A DNA stretch of 64,000 bases from the human T2T-CHM13v2.0 reference genome, Homo sapiens (GCF_009914755.1 NC_060931.1); one strand, 5' to 3'. Shown: positions 24,617 to 37,947, numbered from the stretch's first letter. Numbers and translations: made by a program. The notes: generated by a model from the sequence alone, not told the origin.

Positions 24617-25119
24617 GGAGAAAATAAAGAGAAAGGAATCAATGAGCAACAATGGCGTGTTAGAGCAAAAACCATCGTTTTTAGCTGTTATCTGTCACAG
24701 TCCCTAAAGGAATACAGAATACATTTTTTTAAAGATATCTTTGTTGACAAAAGTCAAGAGAAAAAATGTGCTCTCCTGAGTCAAAAGGAGTCACCAACAA
24801 ATTGTGATACATTTAATTGCTCAGGGTTGATGAGATGTGGATGAGAAAGAGGGAAGGAGAGACGAGGAGATATATTCCTCTTGAAGCACTGAGGGTAGTT
24901 TATCTTCATATATTTTGCAGGTATTTTATACCAGCCTAAAGCATAGTGCAGGCCCTTCCTTACCTTGTCTTCTCCAGAAGAAAAGAAGAAAAAGAGAATG
25001 CAAAAAAAAAAAAAAAAGAAAAATCATCGTCTTGATGGTAAATAGAGGAGGCACTTGTGCAGCCCTGGCCCCTGTCATTGTCTTCATTGTAAGCTGTGTC
25101 AGAGCCATCACATCAGGTT

Positions 25120-25360
25120 GCCACCACAAGATGCATGCAAATAGAGAGAGCAAAGCAGACAGCGTGCGCAGCCACCACCTGCACATTTCAGATTGTTGGC
25201 AGGTACGTTGCAGCGGACTAAAACAGAATAATTACTGGAGATAGAGTTGGCAAGTATAGTGTATGGGAGAGGCATTCAATTGCACATGAGTATGATAGGT
25301 GAACTATAAAAAAAATGGTGTGGGGTGGGGGAAATTCCCCGTTAAACACCAGACAGCTGG
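25120..25360. promoter_or_regulatory. Candidate enhancer: RUNX + octamer + E2A E-box + NF-kB
   Basis: ACCACA 25123-25128, ATGCAAAT 25135-25142, CACCTG 25176-25181, GGGAAATTCC 25329-25338, CAGCTG 25354-25359; non-repetitive DNA with retained CpGs. Confidence 0.35.
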
Positions 25361-25619
25361 CAATTCTGATCTTCCATTTTGTTTTCTATGAAATAAGAAA
25401 GGCTGACCTATGAAGTCAGATGATAGCAGATTTGGGACCATTGATTTAAGCAGGGGACAAAGAGAGAAAAATCTAGGTCTGGAGAGGAAGAGGACCACCT
25501 TGAAAGCTGAACGGAAAAAGCTGTCACGGGCCAGGGACATACTGGGAAAGATGTGAGAACAACACAGTACATGAATACATTCAGGGTAGACTATTTCTTT
25601 GTAAACACTGGGATGTTTA

Positions 25620-25860
25620 TTTTACCTATCATAAAACTGGGCCAGTCATTGTTCTAAGCATTTCACATTTATTAACTCATTTAGGTCTCTGAGTGACCTT
25701 ATCATTGCTCTTCTTAACATCACCATTTTATACATATAGATGAGAAGCCAAGTCATGGAGAGTTAAGTGACTTGCCCAAGATCATTTAGCTGTTGTGGCA
25801 GGATAGGGAATTCAGCCCAGGCCACCTACCCCGCAAGTACACACTCTTAACCATAACATT
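25620..25860 (-). mobile_element. MIR (near full length)
   Basis: 'gttctaagcatttcacatttattaactcattta...gagagttaagtgacttgcccaagatc...ctcttaaccat'. Confidence 0.8.
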
Positions 25861-25891
25861 GGGCTGTCTCCTAATGAGAATGTACAGGTTG

Positions 25892-26196
25892 GGCTGGGTG
25901 TGGTGGCTCACGCCTGTAATCCCAGCACTTTGGGAGGCTGAGGTTGGCGGATCACCTGAGGTTGGGAGTTCAAGACCACCCTGACCAACAAAGAGAAACC
26001 CCATCTCTACTAAAATTCAAAATTAGCCAGGTGTGGTGGCACATGCCTGTAATCCCAGCTACTCGGGAGGCTGAGGCAGGAGAATCACTTGCACCCGGGA
26101 GGCGGAGGTTGTGGTGAGCAGGAGATTGCACCATTGCACTCCAGCCTGGGCAACAAGAGCAAAACTCCGTCTCCAAAAAAATAGTAATAATAAAAA
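25892..26196 (+). mobile_element. AluSp-like, full length
   Basis: 'ggatcacctgaggttgggagttc...ctgaccaac..gagaaacccc...ggcaacaagagcaaaactcc'; TSD gagaatgtacagg (25876-25888) / gagaatgtatagg (26199-26211). Confidence 0.95.
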
Positions 26197-26619
26197 CAGA
26201 GAATGTATAGGCATGTTAAATGGGATGTTGTCAGAAATTTACATAGAACAGCAACCAAAAAGTGATCATTTTATGAAAGTTATCTAAACTATTCAAAGTG
26301 AATAGCATTATGTTCCCAAATGTTAGTTATTTGCATAAGAGCTATTTTTTCTATGTAAATCTCTGATAACATCCTATTTATCAAAGTTTTATCAATTGAA
26401 TGCCTAAAACATATTATGACTCATTCTTTAAAAAGCTGAAGTATGTATATATGTATGTTACACACTTTCCCCAAATTGCAGTTGCATGTTGGGCTGGGAT
26501 GATCGGCCTCAAGGTCACAGACCATGGGGCCATTAGCATCTACCTAGTTTTTATCATTTGAGCCACTCCTAACAGTGGCACCTTAATTTCACCCAGCCAG
26601 AGTCCATGCTCCCCTATCT

Positions 26620-27078
26620 TCCTAGCAATACCACCCTTCCCCCATTTCCCCAGATATCTACTCCAAATTAGTGCACGATTTTCCCTTGGCAATCCTTATT
26701 AAGCTAGTAGTAAACATGTGACTTGTTACCCTCATTAGATTAAAGAAAATAAGTTATGTCCTATTATATCCCAAGGTTCCTTTCCCATTTTTCTTTCTTT
26801 CTCTCTCTTTCACTCTCCTTCTCTCTCTCACTGCATGAGGTCATAGAAACATCCAGCCCTGGCAGTCCTCTTGCATCACCTACAAGGTAAATCAGCTTAG
26901 TACAAAGCCTGACAACTGCAGAAGGGGAGATGAAAAGAACTAGGTCCTTGGTAGTTATCATTGGGCAGCTGATTGTACTGTGCCTGGAACCTACTTGACC
27001 TTTGAACTTCCTGTCTTTTGAGAAAATTTCCATATTGTTTTTCTGTTACTTGAGGCCAAAAGCATCCTAACTGTTACA
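26620..27078 (+). mobile_element. MLT1 (J/K/L-like) LTR remnant
   Basis: 3' end 'ttttctgttacttgaggccaaaagcatcctaactgttaca'; 'aaagaactaggtccttgg'. Confidence 0.6.
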
Positions 27079-27469
27079 AGCCTAAGACCTGCACTCTTAA
27101 ATAGAACACTTCCCTGCATGCTCCATTTAGGCCCTGAGCAGCTTTAACACCAATATCCAAATACTTCTGGATCTAGAGTTTTTAGCTGTGAGACCCTTTG
27201 AATCTAGAAGACTCTTGGAGGCTGTCCAAAGTCATGGGCAAATAAGCTCTGAGACTCTCTTAATGTACTCTGTACTCTGACAGTAGCAATATCTTGGAAA
27301 GGAGTAGGGTAAGAGTAGACCCGGTGAGGATCAATGGATAGCAGAAATTTGTCAGAGGAAAGAGTCTTCATTTTCTTACTGGAGTTGCTATTTTCCCCCT
27401 TACAGCATTGGTGTAGTGGGTAGGAAAAAAGGGCACATTTTTCAGTAAGAACGCTAATATCAAACATTG

Positions 27470-27640
27470 TCTTCACCACTCATTAGCTGGGTGACCTTAA
27501 GCAAATTACTTAGCCTCAATAAACCTATTTTCCCACCTGCAAAAATAGGAGTAATAAACTTGTTGTCTCTATTCTTGTGAGGATTATAGATAATAGATTC
27601 TCAATGACATGTACTAAGTCCCCAAATGGTAACGATTATT
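27470..27640 (+). mobile_element. MIR fragment
   Basis: 'ccactcattagctgggtgaccttaagcaaattactta...ctgcaaaaatagga...ttgtgaggatta'. Confidence 0.75.
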
Positions 27641-27677
27641 ATGATCTTTGATTCTGCATCACTAGTTTCCAACACTC

Positions 27678-27740
27678 TCATTTATTCAACAAACAACTAT
27701 TGAGCACCTACATTGCCAAGTATTGTCATAGGCACCAGTG
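27678..27740 (-). mobile_element. L2 3' end
   Basis: 'catttattcaacaaacaactattgagcacctac'. Confidence 0.6.
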
Positions 27741-29099
27741 CTTAATAACACATTTATTGCACATCAGTATATATTATAAGGAAAATATTTATGCATTAGG
27801 TCTAGAAATTAGGTAGATACTAATCAGACAGATGTGAACAAGTGTATATATACCTCTATTTTTTGAAATCTTTCTCTTAGGATGCATTTTCCTCCTTTTT
27901 CAGTCCTATTATAACTTACTCAAACAAGAAGGTACAGAAGCTAGGACTTTCTTTTAGGAAAATCACATTCTTGTCTCCTTCTAATCCAAACTTTGTAGTC
28001 TACTTTGTTAGGGAAAAGATACGGCAAAGTTTGAAGATGAATATGAAGAACTCTATGTGGGAAGAATGAGAACAAGTCCAGCCCCTTCTCCTTTGTAAGA
28101 CTATGAGTTGAGATGTTCATCCTGATGCATCATCTTAAAGTTAATTCTTATTCCAGAGGTGAGGAGCCAACCTCCCTGCATGCCAGGAGGAGCCACCCCA
28201 GCTGTCCTTCATGATGTTTTTATCTCTGGACACTTCTCAGCAATTCTGGACAGCTAGCATAAGAAAGCTGGCATATTCCTTTTCAAATGTGGTAGGACCA
28301 GAAATGGCCACCCAACAAGAGAAGAACTTCTGAAGAATTCATGAATTCACAGGTATGGATTAGGTTTTCTGCCCATATGGAGATTTATCCTTCAACTTTC
28401 CAGAAAATGTTACGATTAATTGAGGAGAGAGTGTTTTATCTATGCTTGAGTTGAGGCTTTAAAGGCAGAGCTATTTTCCTGAGGCCATTCTGTTGCTGGA
28501 GGCAATAATCATTAAAGAAATTTCCCAAGGGAATGGAGAATCTTTGAGTTTCAGGAACTCAGAGTATAGAGGCTCCTCCCTACTTGGTGATTTTTTTTCC
28601 CCCTCCATTGCCAGCTCTGGAATTCTCAATGTTATTTTGTTAAGGGAGTTTGCAGTTTCCATTCATACTAATTCATGTGGATTAGCTCACTGAATTTTTC
28701 TCATTTCCCTCCAACTGAACGAGTCTCCTTTGGAGACTCTGCTGGAAATTGGTATTATCAAGAAAAGTGGTAACACAAGTGAAATCACTTTCATTTCGCT
28801 GTGTCCCCAACAGGGACAAGTAACATGTAAACTTTGCCAACACCTGCTTGATGGGTTAAATAACTGGCCAAGTATGTTCAGTCAATTACTGGCATTGTGA
28901 AAAACAGTTCACTTTGACCTTCTGAGGACTGTAACTATTACTCCTCTATTTGACTTCTATATTTGTATGGTTCGTTTGTTTTTCATAACAATGGAGCAAC
29001 TGGTTGCTTTAAAAAAATTAATCAAGATAAAAAAATTAAACACCACAGTCTTGACAAAGCCTCTTTTTTGCTCTACGCTTTGGAGATTAGAAAAGGGTA

Positions 29100-29970
<871 letters not shown>

Positions 29971-31684
29971 TGATGAACAATTATTTTCCCTGTGAAAACT
30001 CATTGACGGTTTCATATTTCTTCACTGCATTTCACGGAGAAAAAATTACAATACTGTCTTCAGGAAGTTCAAAATGCAGATCATTATACAGTTCTGATTT
30101 TTTCAGACCTGAAGAGTAATATTAAAAGCTTAGCAGTTATATATTCAGTATAGTCCAGAATCCATTCTCTTCATTGCGTGTAATATGGATAAGTAAAATA
30201 TGCTTCCTGTGAATGATTTGTTAGTAAGTATATCAATAATGTATAAAGAAAACATATCTAAAATTTAATCAGAGTTTCTGATTATAAACTATATGAATCA
30301 GTAAGATAACATACTTGGAGTGGAATCTTCAAGTCAATGTTCAGATACTAGCCTTTAAATTAAATTTTAGTCATCAAATCAGGTCATAAAATGTCATAGC
30401 CTAATTCTCACCTCATGACTGAGAGGGTAACTAAAGACAGATAAATGATTTCTCACCTCTCATGCTTGCCTCTCCCTTCGCCCGAATCTTGATTATGGCA
30501 AAAGCCATATTGCGAGCTACTTGGTGGCTGAGCAAGTCTTTCTTAACCTTTTATTTATTCTCATACATATAAATCAGAATGGGGCAAAAGGCAACATTAC
30601 TAACTGCCAACTTTGTCTAACACGTATAGTCCCTTCCCTGCTCCATGCTCTGGTTAGGATCGCAAAACTCAAAGAAATATGAGAAGAACCAATAATCCTG
30701 ACAGATACAGGGACAGAGAATGAGGACCAGCTGCTTTTCTTCCGTCACACCCCCTCAACATACCTCCCAATGGGCTGAGCTTTCTCCATCTACAGGAAAA
30801 ATTATTTCAATCCTTTAAAAAAAAGTTTAGCTAGGTTCTCATTTTCAACTCTTAGGGCTCAAAACTACTTTGTAGCTAAGGCAATTTTTAAACTCTTAGC
30901 TTCTTTAAAGCAGATACCATGTTTTATTTATTTTAAATGCCATTTTCTTTGCTCCATCCTTTTAATACCTATCTTAGACACTGGAAAACAGCAGACACTT
31001 GGTTGATATTTATTGAGTAGAGTTTTTGAATCATATTTTTTTAAAGATATAGATTGAAAACACATAAACCAAAAGAATCAGGAGTCAAGATAATTTTAAT
31101 AAATTATACATTTAGCTTTCAGGTGTAGTACATAGCCACTGTAGTATCCCTTTGAAGAGAGCACTGGGCCATGTGGGTTTTAGACACCGGCTGATGCTGA
31201 AATATCTTGTCCATTGCAACCTGACAAAATGCAACAGAAGGTGATTCCTTATTGAATGGCCTTCAGATGGTTAATTTTGTTTCCTGATGGCAGATACCGA
31301 AGCTACAGAAAAGCTGTTCTTGTTGTTCAAAGGGCCTTTTCAATTTTTAATTTGACAAGGAGAGTTACATGGTCGACGATACATGCAGACCAGCAGTTAT
31401 CTCTCATCATCAACTTCTCTGGTACTTTTCAACCCATCTTGGCTGAAAGCAGCTCTATTGTAGGTACTTTTTCTGGCTCTAGCCTACATGTTGTGTGGTT
31501 CAATGACAAGATCCCTGATAAACTGGAACAGAGAATGAGGAAATGGGCTTTTAAATGATCAACTGATCGTTCACTTCTCTAGGTTTAGTTTCTGCCTGAC
31601 AGACTTATTAAAGAAAGGAGTCACACAAAGAAAACTCAGAATATGTTCCCCAGGTCCTGGTCAAATGAGAATCACAGAGCCAGA

Positions 31685-31810
31685 GGGCACCTTAGAGGTC
31701 ATCTCTTCTGACTTTGCCATTTTAGGGCAAAAGGAAACTGACACTCAGAGAATTAGATGACTCACCCAAGGTCATGCAGCTCATGTTAGAGCCAGGACAG
31801 CTTGTACAGT
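31685..31810 (-). mobile_element. MIR/MIR3 fragment
   Basis: 'ccttagaggtcatct...aggaaactgacactcagaga...tgactcacccaaggtcatgcagct'. Confidence 0.65.
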
Positions 31811-32014
31811 CTGCTTTCTTGCTGACATTTTTTGCTGACTGATGTTAGGGAAATCAAGAAGATGCCCTAGTTTTTCCAAAACTTTCCCAAGAATAACATT
31901 GTGTGAGGGATTATTCTGTGTTCTTGGTTTCCATAGCTAAATCACCATTTTAAATGGGTGAGGTACTGGGAGGAACACTGGATGTGAATTTGGAATTGGT
32001 GGGTTTTGTATAAA

Positions 32015-32410
32015 ACCATTGCTATAATTTATTGAGCACCTATCATTTGCTAGACATTGTACATACATTATTTTTATCTTCACAATGAATCTGGAAGGAG
32101 CCCTATTTTGTAGAAAAAAGGCTGAGGCTTAGGGACTTGAAATATCTTTTCCTGTGTCATGCAGGTTTTCAAATCCAGTGTTTGATTGATTCCCACAATC
32201 CTACTCTTTCCCCTGGACCACACTACACCTATTAATAATGTGCCCTTAGGCAAGTTACTTAATGTCTCAAAACCACAGTACAGTTTCCTCAACTGTAAAA
32301 TGAATACATTAATATTCTTCCTAGCATTGGTGTATGATGAAATGAGAACTAATGTATGCATATGGAGTACCTGGTTTTGGACTTGACACAAAGATATTCA
32401 ACATAAGCTA
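32015..32410. mobile_element. Two opposite-strand MIR fragments
   Basis: Minus part 'atttattgagcacctatc...ctattttgtagaaaaaaggctgaggcttag'; plus part 'ttaggcaagttacttaa...cagtttcctcaactgtaaaatg'. Confidence 0.65.
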
Positions 32411-33540
32411 GTTCCATTCTACACCTATATCCCTCTCCTATTTGAATTTTTCAGCAGGATTTACATTTGGAACTATATTGACTTGTGTGGAAGAGAGAAA
32501 TTTGAAACACTTGCAAGGTGTAAGAAAAGGACAGAAATGGATTAAATATTTTAGATGATAATCCCAAACTGTCAGAATAACCTGACAGCAAAATTTAGAT
32601 GGTAGAGAACATGCTCCAAGCCTGTTTCTTCAGAGTGAAATAATTGAATCAACCACAGTCAAAGAAAGGACTAACTCTAATTCAGAATCCTAAGTTTGAA
32701 ATGCAGGTAGGGTTTCCAGAAAAATGTGTTCAATATTGAAGTAAAGTATTACCTTCATTGGACAGTGGATTTTTTTTCTAAGTCTGCTTTATTGATCCTA
32801 CCCTGTATGTTCCATACAAAATGAAAAGAGGCAGGCATATCCATTTAATAACTGCAAGTAGGCATCAGAAATTATTTGACCATTTCTTGAAGCAATGTAC
32901 ATTCTTTTGTACTACACTTCTGAAATCATAGTCTAAAATTTACAAAAATCCAATTTGCATGCAATCTTTCAGAAATACTTCTATTGTATTTAGCCAAGAA
33001 CACTTTTTATAGTTGATAGCAATCAAAGAGGTATATATTAAGAGGATAACAATGTAATGAAAACACAAATAAAAAGAATATCATGCTTGACTCAGGCCCC
33101 CAAAGAGAGAGTGGAGGACTGATAAGGAAAATCACACTGGAACAAAACAAGATCAGTAAGTGTTTAGACTTGGTAATTGACCATAGGAAAAATCATCACA
33201 CAAATTCTTGAATGAAAAACTGTGTGTTTATGACTGAAATATGAGCAGACAACTTCTTTTAAACATTTTATCACACAAGACTTGAAAGAAAGATGACTTC
33301 TAAGCAGAAAGTTGTGTCGTCTAGAATGTAAGTTGCAAGATGGGGCGGCTCATCTGTGTTTATCATTTATTGCTTTTTCTGTTACGTTAGCATAGTGTTT
33401 TGCCTAGAGGGAGTACTTAAATAATTATTAAATTAGTGAAAATAAGGAATAAGGTCTAATCTGTGGTAGAAGAAAAGTTCACCAGAGAGCTGCTGAATAA
33501 AGATTTGGCCCAAAATGTGCATGGTATAAGATAAAGAATT

Positions 33541-33943
33541 CTCAAGGCTTTGGGATTTTACCCCTTGCCCTAGTGTGCCCTGGACGTGAGACATGGAGTT
33601 AAAGGAGATTATTTTGGAACTTTAAGATTTAATGGCTGCCCTGCTGGGGTTTCAAACTTGCATGGGGCCTGTAGCCCCTTTCTTTTGGCTGATGTCTCCC
33701 TTTTAGAACAGGAGTGTTTACCCAATGCCTGTACCCCCCTTGTATTTAAAAAGTAACTAACTTGTTTTTTATTTTACAGGCTCATAGGTGGAAGGGACTA
33801 TTAGCCTTGTCTCAGATAAGACTTGGGACTTTGGACTTTTGAGTATGCTGGAAGGAGTTAAGACTTTGGAGAACTATTGGGAAGAGATTATTATATTTTG
33901 CAATGTGAGAGGGACATGAGATTTGGAGGAGCCAGGAGTGGAA
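33541..33943 (+). mobile_element. MSTA internal 3' segment
   Basis: 'gtgtgccctggacgtgagacatggagttaaaggagattattttggaactttaagattt...ttttacaggctcataggtggaaggga...ggacatgagatttggagg...ggagtggaa'. Confidence 0.88.
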
Positions 33944-34349
33944 TGATATGGTTTGGATCTGTGTCCCCACCAAATCTAACGTCAAAATGTAATCTCTCGT
34001 GTTGGAGTGGGCCTGATGGGAGGTGATTGGATCATGGGAGTGCAGTTCTCATGAATGGTTTAGTACCATCCCCCCTTGGTACTGTACTGTGATAGAGTTC
34101 TCATGAGATCTGGTCATTTAAAAGTGTATAGCACCTCCCCCTTCTCTCTCTTCCTCCTACTCTGGCCATGTGTCTCACTCCCCTTTTGCCTTCCACCATG
34201 ATTGGAAGCTTTTTGAGGCCTCCCCAGAAGCAGAAGGAGCTATGCTTCCTGTAGAGCCTCCAGAACTGTGAGTGAATTAAACCTCTTTTCTTTATAAATT
34301 ACCCAGTCTCAGATATTTCTTTATAGCAGTGTGGGAACCGACTAATACA
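33944..34349 (+). mobile_element. MSTA MaLR LTR (full length)
   Basis: 'tgatatggtttggatctgtgtccccaccaaatct...attaaacctcttttctttataaattacccagtctcag...actaataca'. Confidence 0.93.
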
Positions 34350-35638
34350 CAGAGGGTTCTGTATTAGTGTCATTGTGCTGGTTTTTCTGTGGGTAATGCA
34401 AGACAGAGAAATCTGCCTAAACGCATTTTATGCTACAGTATTGTCTTCCTAATGCCTAGCATCCTTTTCCACTGGGCATTAGTTCAGAGTCTGCCTACCA
34501 TTCTTTACCATGGAAGAAGGTAAATTACAGTTACAACATGTATTTTAAAATAAATTTTCTATAAAATATCCCAAGTCCCTGTCTACAAGTTACCAATTAT
34601 GGAGTGAATCTTGGACAAGTCACTTTAACAGCAGAAATTGAAGGTGCTCTGGAAAAGTAAGTGATGTTCCGATTTTGGTATAAACAATACTTCTCTGATT
34701 TAAAGGAGTTTCAGAATACTCTATGAAATTGATCAGCATACATTCTGCAATTTAAAATACATTGTTATTATTGTGGTGCGGTAATTGGGTAGAGTGGCTT
34801 TTCTACCACAGGATTTGCCTTTATGAAAGTCCTTTCCATTCAGGATGTGGGGCTGTTCCACCTCCTAAGAACATAGACACTCCTGGGATTCAGTCTAGTC
34901 TTCACAGGTCCCAAGATTAGATTTTAATGCAAAATCTGAGACTTTTAAGATGAATTTTTTGTTCCTTGTGTGTCCCCACCCCATTCTTCCTTGTTGCAGC
35001 TGACTCCCATCTTTACTGTATAGAAACTTTCTCCATTTTCTGGGCACTTTGTATTACATCTCCAGAATGCTATAATCTTACCTGGCCTGACAGTAGAATT
35101 CTGATCCTGTTCCAAACCTGCATCCACCAAATGCTGGATGAACTCTCTCTAATGACAGCTGGCTTCCAGTCCCACTTGGCAATCAACGGGGAAGGTGGAG
35201 GCTTTCTTCCTATTTGCAGGCTAAATAATGGCTGTAGAGAAGAGAAGCTGCAGACCCAGACTCAGAGAAGACTATATGCTCAGCATCCTCTTAGAGAATT
35301 GTCTGGGACTAGGCATAAGAAAGAGGAAGGAAGACATTTCTTTTCTTTAAGTTATAAAAATGGAATAAACTAGTACACCAGAGGAGGTAATTTACCCAAA
35401 TCATTCTGGTGGCACAAACAAGTAAGTTATTGACACACACATGACTGCAGAATTGGCCCGGTGCTTTACAATCACTCCTTGGCTAATCCTTCTCAGAACT
35501 GTTAAAAGCAGGCAGGCAGGAGGATGCCTTCCAGGAAACCATGGAAATGTTTGCTTCCACGTCTCAATGTTTTGAAAGTGTTGGTCTTGTTTCCTCAGCT
35601 AGAATATAAACTCTTTGAAAAAAGGAACCACATCTGGG

Positions 35639-36179
35639 TGTAGTTGACAGAATTTTAAAGTGGCCTTGTAATCTCTGATTCCTTTTGTTATGCTAGCATA
35701 ATCTGTTCCCTTCTGAGTAAGGGCTGGACTTCAGACTTGTTTCCGGCTAGTAGAATATGGTAAAGGTGATCAAATGAAAGGAGGAAATTATTCTTCTAGC
35801 CTTAAACAAGCAGATAGTCATGTTAGAAACTGCCCATGAAGAGGGTCACACGGCAGGGAACTGCATTTATTTGCTGAGAGCAGTCCCCAGCCAACAGCCA
35901 GCAAAAACTGTGAAGACTCAGTCCTCCAATCACAAGGAGGTGAATTCTCCCAACCATGAGAGGAATCTTTGAAATAGATCTTCCCCTAGGCAAACCTTCA
36001 AATCAGAACACACCTTTGCCAATGCCTTGATTGCAGCCTGGTGAGACCTTGTACAGAGAACACATTTAAGCTGTGTCCAGACTCCTGACCCACAAAAACT
36101 GTGAGATAACAAATATGTATTGTGTTCAGGCATGGAATTGTGGTAATTCATTTTGCAGCAATAGTAGTAAGAAATTACA
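35639..36179 (+). mobile_element. MLT1E/F-like MaLR solo LTR
   Basis: 'tagaatatggtaaaggtga...gccaacagccagcaaaaactg...ccttgattgcagcctggtgagacc...actcctgacccacaaaaactgtgagataacaaat'. Confidence 0.82.
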
Positions 36180-36199
36180 GAAACTACACTACACATTTT

Positions 36200-36475
36200 A
36201 GCAGAATTCGGGCCACTTACATAATTTTAATCTCATGGCCTTTCATTAGTTTTACAAAGGCAGTTTCAACACCCAAATAAAGAGTTGGGCAGTTTTAGGG
36301 AGGGACTATTATTATCTTTGCTTTAAGGTTAAACTATAAACTAAATTCCTCCCATGGTTAGCTTGGCCAACGCCCAGGAATAAGCAAGGACAGTCACCCT
36401 GGGAAACTAGAAGAAAGATTGAGTCAGCCATGCTAGATTTCTCTTACCGTCATAATCTTTGCAAAGGTGGTTTCA
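36200..36475 (-). mobile_element. LTR8-family (ERV1/MER4 group) LTR 5' portion
   Basis: Reverse complement begins 'tgaaaccacctttgcaaagattatgac'; 'gttaaactataaactaaattcctccc'. Confidence 0.75.
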
Positions 36476-36734
36476 GGAGGCTGGCCCAGTCAAAGTGCCT
36501 GCCAAACACACGTGGTGATGCCAGCTTCAACTTGGTACAGCCACCACCATGCCTCACCTGGAGACCCCCTGAGGCACACACAACCAGACCCCGACCCTCC
36601 CCATGCTCACAACCAGGTCCTTGGGGTGGGCTGTACAGAGTAGTAGAAGTTTCTGGGAAACTAGAAGGTGGTTGGGAGAAGCCAGGGCACCCGAGTGTGT
36701 CCAAGAACCCATCCATGGAAAGTTGGGAGTGACA

Positions 36735-36917
36735 GGAAGTGGGACCATGCAGAGTCCATGCTCCATTGTACTATTAGACTTCACTGCCAAAACACAAAAT
36801 CAAAGATAAAGAGAATTTTAAGACAATAGGCCCAGAGCATTAGATCTTAAGTGTGGGCCTTTCTAAGCACAGGACCCTGTGTGACTGCACTGATCACAAG
36901 CTCTTGGAGCCACCTGG
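36735..36917 (-). mobile_element. MER45-family hAT-Tip100 fragment
   Basis: 'aaaacacaaaatcaaagataaa...cagagcatta...gggcctttctaagcacaggaccctgtgtgactgcac'. Confidence 0.6.
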
Positions 36918-37318
36918 CTTGAGGGGAGTACCAATTAGGAGGGTGTGGAGGGGGTATGTTCTATATACTGATTTTACTCTGCTCTCTATTCAGTCCCTCC
37001 AAGTCCAATACTCTCATTTACTTTCTCTGCACTCCTCTATCCCATGAATTTGTATATGCACTTGGGAATGGGCATAGAATTGTGGGGGAGCTTCTTCCAA
37101 CTTGTGCTTAGAGTCTTCTTTGTGGTGCATCAGACACTTTCTATCTCCTTTGCTGTGGTAAGACCCCCCTCGCCTGAAAAAGTGGATTCTTCCTGGTCTA
37201 GCTAAAATGGGAGTAAAGTCCCAGGGTAAGAAGAAAAAACTTGCAATGAAAAGTGTAACTGCTTGGTATATAAAAATTATTTCCACCTGCAGGATTCCTA
37301 TTACTTTATCATAAAAAT

Positions 37319-37320
<2 letters not shown>

Positions 37321-37352
<32 letters not shown>
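37321..37352. repeat. (GT)16 microsatellite
   Basis: Counted directly. Confidence 0.97.
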
Positions 37353-37354
<2 letters not shown>

Positions 37355-37572
37355 ACGCGTGCCCATGTACACGCACCCACACAGGAATGTATAATGTACC
37401 TGTTCATGTATGGAAATGAGTTTTGCTGAAGAGTCCAAGAAATATATGAGAAGCACACATTTAAATGTATACTTTACTGTCACACAAAATAGCCTTTATT
37501 GGTAGTTACTACTATTGGGGAAGTTTTTGGATGAGCTCAGTGAGCCATATTTTGCTCTTTCTAATTGGCGAT

Positions 37573-37947
37573 TGTAGTAGTCCATTCTCACACTGCTAAT
37601 AAAGACATACCCAAGACTGGGTAATTTATATAAAGAAAAGAGGTTTAATTGATTCAGTTCTGCTGGGCTGGGGAGGCCTCAGGAAACTTACAATCATGGT
37701 GGGAGGGGAAGCAAATACATCCTTAGTCACATGGCGGCAGGAAGGAGAAGCGCTGAGCAAAGGGGGGAAAGCCCCTTATAAAGCCATCAGATCTTGTGAG
37801 AACTCACTCACTATCACAAGAACAGCATAAGGATAACCACCCCCATGATTCACTTTCCTCCCACTGGGTCCCTCCCATGACACATGGGGATTATGAGAAC
37901 TACAATTCAAGATAAGATTTAGGTGGGGACACAGCTAAACCATACCA
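37573..37947 (-). mobile_element. THE1C-like MaLR solo LTR
   Basis: 'cactgctaataaagacatacccaagactgggtaattt...ccactgggtccctcccatgacacatggggattatgagaactacaattcaag...ggggacacagctaaaccatacca'. Confidence 0.92.

Noticed and set aside
32641-32651. Perfect DUX4-type motif TAATTGAATCA
   Set aside because: About one match is expected by chance in 64 kb of AT-rich DNA, and nothing in the context supports it.
34341-34368. Inverted repeat actaataca...tgtattagt at the MSTA LTR end, suggesting a second head-on LTR
   Set aside because: The arms are only 9 bp and AT-rich, and the downstream sequence does not continue as an LTR.
34966-35373. 135-aa ORF, among the longest non-L1 ORFs
   Set aside because: Non-ATG start, no recognisable homology and no convincing splice boundaries; the length is compatible with chance in 64 kb.
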